Assembly: GCA_951406725.2 (NCBI GenBank)
Contig: OX597820.1
Location: 85,684,001 to 85,748,000, forward strand
Origin: Octopus vulgaris
Lineage: Eukaryota
Direction of reading: 5' to 3'
DNA length: 64,000 bases
Below are positions 53,646 to 64,000 of this stretch, in pieces. Numbering within the stretch: the stretch's first letter is position 1; each line of letters begins with the position of its first letter. The notes beneath the pieces are model-generated. The model searched no databases and was not told where the DNA came from. It saw only the letters and a program-made list of their open reading frames with translations. A program made the position numbers and the translations under genes.

Positions 53646-56600
53646 CATACATACGTGAGGACCTACGTATGCACGTGCAAGCATACTATGGTTGATGTTA
53701 CTGATACAACTCTTTCATGTAAAAGTGCTTTCTTGTAACAAAATTAGAGAAAATAAAATGTTTTATATACTAATTTTCATTTCGGAAAGCATATCACACT
53801 AACGCTAAATGTGGGAGAGGGAGAAAGAAAGAGTGATGGGAAAGCAAGAGAGAATAAGTCAAGTCTCAGGAACGTCAGTGACCTGTATCTTCCTACATTC
53901 ACTCGTCTCCAAATCAGTGTTATGGATAACGACTCGGTCACTACCGTATCTTATCACCGTTTTCCACCTTACTTTATACGAATTACCTCCCTTGGCGTTA
54001 CACAAAATATCATGAGCAATACACTCTCGAATCTATATATAGGTTGTTTGAATCTCTCTGAATTGCAGTAACTTACTATTCTCTATTTATCTTCTTTTAC
54101 AACTTCCTTGCTAAATCTATTAGTTTATTCTCTATCATATTCTTTCAGAATTCCTAAATTGGATCCTACACATATGCTCAACTGTCCTGCTGTTCTTTCT
54201 TTACTTTCATCCTTTCGGTCCCTCTCTCACCCCCTCTCTATGTCTATGTCTCTCTCTCACACGCACACACACATACACACACAAACACACACACAAAAGC
54301 GATACTCAGATTGCTAGGTCTTATTTTGTCTTCTTCCATTTTAGTTCACTCAATATAATTTTTAATGTCTTCACTTATTCAACTCTTTCGTATTGTCAAT
54401 GATTTATATACGTTATCTGTTAAACGCTTACTTGCATTTTTCTAAGAGTCACGCAGTCCAAAACCTTAAGTATATAAAATTATTCATCACGCGTTTTACT
54501 ACTTCAAAATTGTCATCTGTACGATTAGAGTCCTACTTTTGTATGCTTTGGTCTACCTTTACACATAAATGTTTATCTTGAGATAATTTTTTTTTAAGAT
54601 CTTTATATTTAAAGCCTTTGTGAATTTCACAATTACCTTTTCCATATTCCCCTTTTATGAATTTTCTTTCACCTGTTTTCACACATTGTTCTCCTTTGTA
54701 TACAGCACAATCAGGCATGCACGTTGTAAGATTGATTCTTCAAATAATTCTCGTGCAATTTCAGTTCTTTAGAACTTTCCACCTAACATCATTTTGTTGA
54801 TATGGCTTTCAATTCACACCCATTTAATGTCTATGCAATATATATTATATAAATACAATATATGCTCTGCCTTTTTACTTGACTGTTGCTTTAGAGAGCC
54901 ATAAAATATCACATTCCTCCTATAACAATTTTCAAATGTAATTCACTAATAACACTTAAAATACAACGTGACAGATTTTTAATACTCCCTAGCTGTCATT
55001 TTGGTATTACTTGTATCTATTAATATATATTTTTCGACACACTTTTTATTAATATTAGTCTTCTAAATTTGAAAAATACTCTTGATGCAGTCCTTCATAA
55101 TGCAAAGTATATATGGTTAAGCTCATTCTCGAAAGACCGCTTTTAGTGGCAAGAATTATCAGCTCCCCCATCTACCCATTCAACATTACAATTACGTAAT
55201 AATCCTCGTCGCATTATATTTCTTTATATTGTATGCTTTAATTAACATGTTTTATACGTCCTTATCCTTTAAACCACTCTGAACGATTTCATCCAATCAT
55301 ACCTAAAATATCTCTCTTGTTCATTACAGAGAACCATTGGAAAACAACCAAGCTTATTCAAATATATTTTATCATTTTTGTTTGCAGATTTTAACACTTA
55401 CCTCAGGGACCAGCAAATACCCTCTAATTTATTTCTTAGCTCTTCTTTCTACGTGGTTGTCTACCATATCTTTACCACAGTTTTATTTTATTTTTCAAAT
55501 AAAAAATGTTTTTATTTCGGTTTTTGCTAGGCATATTTACAGTATAAACTTTCTAATATCCTCAGTAATTCTAGTCATTGATGTTTGTTTAATAGAAAAA
55601 ATTCATCAGAGAATACTCTAATAAGCAATTTATTCAGATAGTAACTATGCATTCAGCAGATACCCATTCATTGATCGGTACCTCATTTTCATTAGAATTC
55701 TTTAACAGCTATTAAATGATATTGATAAATATTTAGCATTTAGTCTAAGGGTAAAACGTTATTTATGAAAACATATATCTAAAGTGATTCTGTGTATATT
55801 AGATAGAGTTCTCCCTTTTATACTTAAAATCCCTGCTAAACTTGTATGAGGTGGTTAATGTTTCGATACATACTTTCCATTTAGAACACAAAATTAATTT
55901 CGGATATTTATGGAAACAGTTACCCAAATGCAAGTAGAGAGTACGCCCATATTAGAACTTATACCGTTTGAAACACAACATTAAATGTATTAAAGTTAAT
56001 ATTCCAGAAGCAAATAGTGGCTAACGTATACAATACAGGAAACTCGAATCGACTTTTAGCTTAATTACATAAGACAGAATACATCTATGAACTGGTCAGT
56101 TCGTAGATTCAACTTCACAACTGTAAATGATAACCACTGAAACTAAATTGAAATATTCTGAACAGGATCAACCCGAAAAGAATGAAATTACTTACGAATT
56201 ACAAAAATCGATAGGGTTAGAGTAATCCAGTCCACATCTGCACATCTCACATTTAAATATCTTGAAGATAATTTCCATCGTAAGTTATGTATGAGAAATA
56301 TCATCAATCCGAGTAAATTGAGATTTCATTTAATAAGTTATCATTTCTTACATCATTCCTTCGAGGAAGACAGTATTTCACTGCTTCTTTGGAACAGTAT
56401 TTTACAAGTCATCTCTTTGTTTAAAAATATAGTAATTAAGAACAGCAATTCGGTATTCAAGACATCTTCTATCACCAAATCTTTTCTAATCGAAGATATT
56501 GTACGATCATATTAGTCATTGATATTACCAAAATCTGAAATCGAAATCTCCCATGTAGGACTTAATGTTAGAAGTTATAAGAAATTTGTGTTGAAATATT

Positions 56601-58631
56601 TCATAAACTTTTAATTTCAGTATGGGTGCTAACGACTCAATATAATTTAATAATTTTTCTTTTCTGAGTATATAACAGAATTCCTTATGTACTTTCCTGT
56701 GATGTGTGTGGCTTTTACTTCATTGATTACTTAATAACATTAAATAATTTCAATATTGAAATCACAGAAGGTTTTAAATCGCAATATTAAGTTTCTTAGC
56801 AATGTTTACCCTCTTAAATTACTTTGATTACTTAAGCTTAAAAAACACCGTTTCAACACACAATTCTTACACACATTCGAAAAGGAGAAAACAGTTTGGA
56901 GATAGCATTTCGAAGCATAAAAGTCATAAACTTCAAATATATATCTCTAAATAGGCCTGCTACGAAATTCAATAAAGACATGAAGTGTGTCTGTTCCTTT
57001 GGAATCCGCACCTCAAATTTAAGAACTATTTATCTCAAAATTGTTGTTGTATGAAATCTCAAATGAATTTTGCAAATGATGTTGAGAATAACCAGGTGCA
57101 GCATCGTAACGATGGTGATAAAATATGTTAGAGGGGAGGATTGTCACTGAATTATTTGTCACTTCGAGATACACCTTGAGAATTAATGTAAAGAGTAAAA
57201 AAGAACGAGAATAAAAAAAACAACATGGCTTTAACACCTTAATCTCTGTCATACTCAATAACCTTCTGTATTCATATATGAACTTTTGCATATCTTTCCA
57301 GATCCCAAAATTCATATCTCAACTGATATCTAATGTTGAGCATTTTTTAAACTTTTCTTGTCCTCACACTTGCATCTACAGGACAGGTTATTCTGTCGAT
57401 GTAGATTATAGTCCATTTTCAGCAAATAGCGGGGAAACTGAGCGGAAGAACTGAAACAGTTAAAGAACAATTGCAGACTAAGAAGAGAAAAGAAAAAAAT
57501 GTTGAAGATGTGAAAAATGCAATATTAGAGATTTTCCTCTGAAAGTAGACACTTGAAGTAAGATGAATAAAAGATAGTAATAAAAACAATTATACAGAGT
57601 AAAATATGCTACACTTATAAAATACGGTATCATCGCAAAAGTAAACTACAGGAATTATGATGTAGGAAAGCTTTAGGAATCTAAAAATATTAGCGGTCGG
57701 TATGAAAAAGTTTAACCGAAATAAGTTGGGTGCCGAGATGATGTCTTTGCTATACGATTAGAACCTTCCCCATACATTTATATATAGTCTTGCCCTTCTA
57801 CTGCCTTCTTCACTAATATGTTACCATTGATAATTCTTACATTATTTTCGTTTTTAGTTTCCATGCTTTTACCATTCAAATCGATTTTCTGCTCTTGTGA
57901 CCTCTATTAATTTTGACTTTAGGCTCTAATTGCAAATAAGCCATCCTTTTAAGTTGTTGTTAACACTTTTACCGTTTTGAAAATCAGCATATATTTACAA
58001 CGGTTTTTCTTATAAGATTGACCAAGCAAGTTGAGTTTAACCCTAGGCGTTAATAGCCATTGATGAGAATTAAAGTGGTCTACGACAAAATTCGAGATCG
58101 CGTTACAGTTATATACGTTAGAGATTTACCTTCCTTCGTCAGTAATTAAGCGTAATGTGTTGGTGGCTTTGAAGTAAATTTAACTCTTGTTTTAGCATAA
58201 GCAGTGCTAGTCAGTGATCTCAATTAATTAGAATGTCTAAAAATTTAGGTTCTAATTGCTAATAAGCTACCCTTTTAATTTATATATATATGTATATATA
58301 CACATATATGAAAGGACAGTTGTACAATCCTTTACTGTTGTACATACAACGAACTACGTCCTGGCCGCATATACATGTAAACATTTATGCTGCTTTGTAT
58401 TTAAATGCAACTTGTCTCAATGAATTGATTAACAATTATATATCGGATAGGCAGTTCCATCGAATACACATTTTTATATGGCCCTTGTGGCAGTAAACAT
58501 TAAGGACGTTTACTTTTGTTTTAGGTAATGTATAATCTATTCAATAACAGATATTTTTCTTTAAGCTGATGATAATTACAAATACACACACACACACACA
58601 CACACATACACACACACATATATATATATAT

Positions 58632-59072
58632 TCTTTTCTACTCTAGGCACAAGGCCTGAAATTTTGGGAGAAAGGCCAGTTGATTAGATCGACTCCAGTA
58701 CACAACTGGTACTTAATTTATCGATCCTGAAAAGATGAAAGGCAAAGTCGACCTCGGCGCAAGTTGAACTCAGAACGTAAAGACAGACGAAATACGACTA
58801 AGCATATCGCCCGGCGTGATAACGTATCTGTTTCTTTATTACCCACAAGGAGCTAAACACAGAGGGGACAAACAAGGACAGACAAACGGATTAAGTCGCT
58901 TACATCGACCCCAGTGCGTAACTAGTACTTAATTTATCGACCCCGAAAGGATGAAAGGCAAAGTCGACCTCGGCGGAATTTGAACTCACAACGTAACGGC
59001 AGACGAAATACGGCTACGCATTTCGCCCGGCGCTCTCACGGTTCTGCCAGCTCGTATCTACCAGCTCGCCGC
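58632..59072 (-). mobile_element. Dimeric family A SINE
   Basis: Reverse complement of the 9479-9884 structure; ends CCAGCTCGCCGCCT. Confidence 0.9.
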
Positions 59073-59321
59073 CTGTCGTTTCTTCTGCCTAAGGAACGCC
59101 ATTCGTTTGATATCGCCCATGTTAGATTTTGGAGGTTTCAAATTATACAAATTCTATGGAATGGTAAATATTACCAATAGTTGACGCTGACACTGCTATT
59201 TTTGCATCGATCCACAAGTTATCTACGGTCACACGCATTTTCTTTTATATAAAACGATTGAGTGTTATTTGAAATGCAATTGATAGATACTTTTAACATA
59301 TATCACAACATGCAGAATATG

Positions 59322-59666
59322 TCGGTGAGGCTCAGTGGTTAGAGCGTCGAGCTTACGATCGTGAGGTTGTGAGCTCGAATCCCGGACCGGGCTGCGTGTT
59401 GTGTTCTTGAGCAAGGCACTTTATTTCACGTTGCTCCAGTTCACTCAACTGTAGAAATGAGTTACGACGTCACAGGTGCCAAGCTGTATCGGCCTTTGTC
59501 TTTCCCTTGGATAACACTGGTGGCGTGGAGAGGGGAGGCCGGTATGCATGGGCGACTGCTGGTCTTCCATAAACAACCTTGCCCGGACTTGCGTCTAGGA
59601 GGGTAATTTTCTAGGTGCAATCCCATGGTCATTCATGACCGAAGGGGGTCTTTACCCTTTACCCTA
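59322..59666 (+). mobile_element. tRNA-derived CORE-type SINE
   Basis: A box GGCTCAGTGGTTAGAGC, B-box-like GCTCGAATCCC, CORE-like TGTGTTCTTGAGCAAGGCACTT..CAGTTCACTCAACTGTAGAAATG, (TTTACCC) tail. Confidence 0.85.
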
Positions 59667-60189
59667 TTAGTGATTGTTACATTAGGTTTCAGTCAACCAC
59701 TCTATCAAACTTACAGAACTTAAATCTTTCAATATATAATGCAGGCAACATTTACAAAGATAAACTTCTTAAATAGAAGCAGTATCTTTGAACAGCTAAC
59801 AGAGTTATCATTATTATTTTATCTGTGAGCAAAGTTTAAGACTAAATACTGAATCTTTCAGAAGGGTTTGATAGTCGATATTACAGGGACAGAATAGGTA
59901 ATGTAATTGATATTGTATATTGGAAACACCATAGCAAAAACATAACTTAAAATTCGATTCACAAAGATAATTGATTCTGAGGCCATCTTAGAATACATAT
60001 AAGGTATTTGTACATTCGCAGATTAGCATTTATAGTTTGATTGAGGACTAATATGGATTATCTGTGCTTATATACGTTTGCCACTTGTAAGAAAACAGAC
60101 TTCATATTAAAATAATCCGTGAGAAGAAACTGTATAACACCAGCAGCAGAGAGAAAACGCTCTCATTAGAATAATCAATATCATAAGGT

Positions 60190-60600
60190 TATATAAGCTG
60201 CCAGGAACGTTAGCACGCCGGGCGAAATGCGTAGCCGTATTTCGTCTGCCGCTACGTTCTGAGTTCAAAATCCACCGTGGTCCACTTTGACTTTCATCAT
60301 ATCGAGATCGATTAAACAAGTACCAGTTACGCACTGGTATCGATATAATCGACTTAATCTGTTTGTCTGTCCTCCCTTGTCCCCTCTGTGTGTATCCCCT
60401 TGTGGGCAGTAAAGAAATAGAATCGTTAGCACGACGGGAAAAGTGCATAGCGACATTTCGGTCGTCTACATGTTTTGGGTTCGAATTCCACCGAGTTTGA
60501 CTTAGCTTTTCTACTTTCGCGATCGATAAAATAGGTGCCAGATAAACATTGGGTCGATGTAATTGATTATGCAACTCCACGGAAATTTTTGGCTTTGTAC
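60190..60600 (+). mobile_element. Family A SINE, young unit followed by older unit
   Basis: AACGTTAGCACGCCGGGCGAAATGCG and core; second diverged unit from about 60420. Confidence 0.85.
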
Positions 60601-60834
60601 CAAATACTTATGGTTCATATTTGTATATATACATACATTTTACATAAAGTAGTACGCAGAAGCAAGGTTATATATGACTGCTGTTTACCAAGTTCATTCT
60701 CCTCATGATGATGATGCAGGTTTAGCGAGGCTTATTTTGATTTGCTTTTAATCGCCTATCCAAATTGTCAACGGCAGAAATAGAGAATTAAAGCACCGAC
60801 ATGATTTTCAATGCTCAATTCATCCCATACATAT

Positions 60835-61183
60835 CCTTTTGTGCTCTAGGCACAAGGCAACTGGTACTTAATTTGTCGACCCCAAAAGGGTGAAATGCAA
60901 AGTCGATCTCGGCGGAATTTGAACTCAGATCGCAAAGACAGACGAAATACCTATTTCTTTATTATCCACAAGGGGGTAAACAGAGGGGATAGAGAAGAAC
61001 AGACAAACAGATTAAGTCGATTATATTGACCCCAGTACGTAAATGGTACTTTGTTAATCGGCCCCGAAAGGATGAAAGGTAAAGTCGACCTCGGCGGAAT
61101 TTGAACTCAGAACAAAGCGGCAGACGAAATCCCGCTCATCATATCGCCCGGCGTCCTAACGTTTCTGCCAGCTCTCCGCCTTT
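60835..61183 (-). mobile_element. Dimeric family A SINE
   Basis: Two reverse-complement cores (AAAGTCGACCTCGGCGGAATTTGAACTCAGA); ends TCTGCCAGCTCTCCGCCTT. Confidence 0.9.
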
Positions 61184-62590
61184 CATCAACAAAGAAAATG
61201 TTGATATACATAACAACCAATCAAATGTATTTTTGAAAAGACTGGCGGCTTCTAAAAGATATATTGCGGATCGGTGACCATACAGCATAAACCCAACTGG
61301 AAACAACCAGTTTTCTTCTTTTAATTATGGAATAGTCTACATTGTTTTGAAAAACAACTTTCTCTAGTTTTCAACTTCTTATATTTTAATTTATTTCAGC
61401 AAGGATTCTGTTTGTGTTATTGGTGTTAACGTCTCTAAAGCAATACATCTCGCGACTGCGGATAAAATTGTCGGAATGAAACAACATAAATGTTGAGGTA
61501 TTCCTGTGGATACGCTTTCGTGAACATTTCATGAACATTTGCAAATGGCTTACTCCTCTTTGGCTAGATTTGTTACCATCTTTTATCAAATACATTCTAA
61601 CTTGAAGTAAATGGTAAAGCTGTTATCATAGATACGCTTTCCACCCATTCTTCATTTTGAGTATGACGAATTTGAAACTTCATTTTCTTGCTAGAAAACA
61701 GATTATAAACATTGGCCTCGTTTTCCTGCTTTTCGTAGCATATTTGATCTTGAAATGTTCGCAAACCAAGCAAAACTAACATGTCTTCATTTGCTTTCAT
61801 ACAACTGTGACGTATGAAAACATTTTCGAAAGCAGCGGAGCACAATTTTTAGACATCCGGTACAATTATTCGATATCATCTTTTTGTCTAAATAGCGTCA
61901 ACGTTGTGACACAGGATGCGGTATAATTCGCATTGTAAATAAGATATGGTGTAATCACATTGCCAAATTCATAGAATTCAGATGGGATTTGCATTGGGAA
62001 CGAGCTTAAATAACATATTTCCATAAATGCATAATTAAAGGCGACAGTTTTGCTGAAAATGTATTTTATGGAAAACAAACCAGAGTTTTAAAAATTATAT
62101 TGAAACCTTATGAAACCATTCTATCGTTCCTCCTTACATAATTAGAACTCCTAATCCTCTCGGGCTGGGAGTTCTAATTATATCGTAAAATTAAAGAGAG
62201 CAGTTATTTCCAGCCATTATGTTTGCGCATGGATAATTGTACGTAGCTATGTCAAGATTTATATGTTACAAGTTGCCAGCATTGAGCAAGTTACAGTTTC
62301 CCGATTTTGTTTTTGATTATTATAACATTGCGGTACTTAATTTTGGTTTATAGCTGCTGTATATTTAAATCTCCATTTACCTTCCAATTCATCATCATCT
62401 GCATCAGCATCAGCATTATCGTCATCATCATTATCATCATCACCATCAACACAGCTGATGCTACTGAATTTTTACCCAAACAATCAGTTGTGAAATACAG
62501 CTCATCGATGAAAGTCATGGTTTACTACTACTGCTACCAAGCCTAATTCAAACAAAAACGGAGGGATATTCCTCTTCGAACAATGGCATA

Positions 62591-62653
<63 letters not shown>

Positions 62654-62654
62654 G

Positions 62655-62870
62655 TTTACTTGTTTCAGTCATGTACTATGGCCATGCTGGAGCACCGCCT
62701 TTAGTCGAGCAAATCAACCACAGGACTTATTCTTTGTAAGCTTAGTACTTATTCTATCGGTCTCTTTTGCCGAACCGCTTTGTCACGGGGGCGCAAATAC
62801 ACCACCATCGGTTGTCAAGCGATGTTGGGGGGGGGGCAATCACAGACATACAAACATAGACATACGTACA

Positions 62871-62932
<62 letters not shown>

Positions 62933-62995
62933 CATATATACGGCGAGCTTCTTTCAGTTTCCGTCTACCAAATCCATTCAGAAGGATTTGGGCCG
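62655..62995 (-). mobile_element. Family B SINE interrupted by (TA)n
   Basis: TTGTTTCAGTCAT..GGCCATGCTGGAGCACCGCCTTTAGTCGA..TCTTTTGCCGAACCGCT; continues CTTCTTTCAGTTTCCGTCTACCAAATCCA after the TA array. Confidence 0.85.
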
Positions 62996-63190
62996 CCCTC
63001 TATTTATCTACTCGTGAAGTAATTCAATCGTGAATTTCATCACCCACAACATGGACAAAGTTTCGTCTTAAGAAAAATACATATTCAAATAAGTAAAACA
63101 TAATACCATGAATAGCGATAGCGAAACCGGTCGATATATTAAAAATCATATTAAAACTATGTAAGTGCGCATATTTTCCTTTTTTAATTT

Positions 63191-63249
<59 letters not shown>

Positions 63250-63252
<3 letters not shown>

Positions 63253-63404
63253 ATCCAAACAAGAAAACACAGAAAAAAGGAGAAAAAAAACACAGCAACG
63301 CAGGACGTGGAACAATTAAAGTATTATTGACGCTTAGGAAAGAAGGGAAGGAGGGTATAACGTTTCGAGCGGAGCTCTTCGTCGGAAACAAGGAGAAGGA
63401 AAGA

Positions 63405-63415
<11 letters not shown>
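63250..63415 (-). mobile_element. Penelope pLTR fragment in (TA)n with hammerhead motif (about 63355-63390)
   Basis: Minus strand: GTTT-CCGACGA-a-GAGC(tcc)GCTC-GAAA-CGTT-ATAC; flanked on both sides by (TA)n. Confidence 0.7.
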
Positions 63416-63463
<48 letters not shown>

Positions 63464-63730
63464 CATATTTCACACAAGTACTCATACAGTCTACGTGCAT
63501 AGAATCACACGCGCACCCACACATATAGTCAACAAAGATTGCAGAATTCCTATCGCAGTTCCAGTGACACTACTATCAAAACTGTGGATGGCATCAGGTA
63601 GCCATGGGCAGTGAAAATGCTTTAAGCGGCATACTACTAGGTAAATACCCCAAGTTTTAATAATTACATAGACATAAACACACACACTCACACATATATA
63701 TTTATGTGCGTGTATATATGTATATTTACA

Positions 63731-63791
<61 letters not shown>

Positions 63792-64000
63792 ATATATATA
63801 TATACATACATACACAGACATGACAGAAATGAATAGACATCCCATAAAACGCCGTCAATAAATTGGGTCAATGAGTTCCTTACAAATTTTCCGAATCTAA
63901 TCGCGCTCATCAGGTCTCACGAATGAAGTATTTTAGGACCGAAGAGTGACTGGTAACGAGAAATAGGGTCTCTATAAAACTTTCAAGTACCGAATACAGT

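Noticed and set aside
57120-57174. LRR-like peptide YLEVTNNSVTILPSNIF on the minus strand after a pyrimidine tract and AG
   Set aside because: It is a single repeat with no convincing donor site and no neighbouring LRR exons; likely chance.
59322-59395. tRNA-like sequence
   Set aside because: It is the head of a CORE-type SINE.

Overview
AT-rich, repeat-saturated eukaryotic DNA with no host protein-coding exon that I can recognise. The SINE families and compound microsatellites look like an octopus/cephalopod genome (inference). The window contains decayed mobile elements: about ten fragments of a Dong/R4-type LINE (RT plus restriction-like endonuclease) sitting in (TAA)n arrays at 4.7-16.4 kb, L1/Tx1-like ORF1 and ORF2 remnants, two Tc1/mariner remnants, a hAT-like DNA transposon with inverted ends, MITEs, many tRNA-derived SINEs, a 1.7-kb GAAAATTTTC satellite, several foldbacks and Penelope-type hammerhead ribozyme motifs. 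The most unusual object is a Penelope-like (Neptune-type) retroelement at about 39.0-43.2 kb. Once its 5' inversion is undone, its single decayed ORF reads: hydrophobic leader + 2A-like 'SVEPNPGP' / Penelope N-terminal domain / Ulp1(C48)-like cysteine protease with His-Asp-Gln-Cys residues / reverse transcriptase / Cys-rich linker / GIY-YIG endonuclease. All copies here are pseudogenised. Coordinates were read by eye and element boundaries are approximate.
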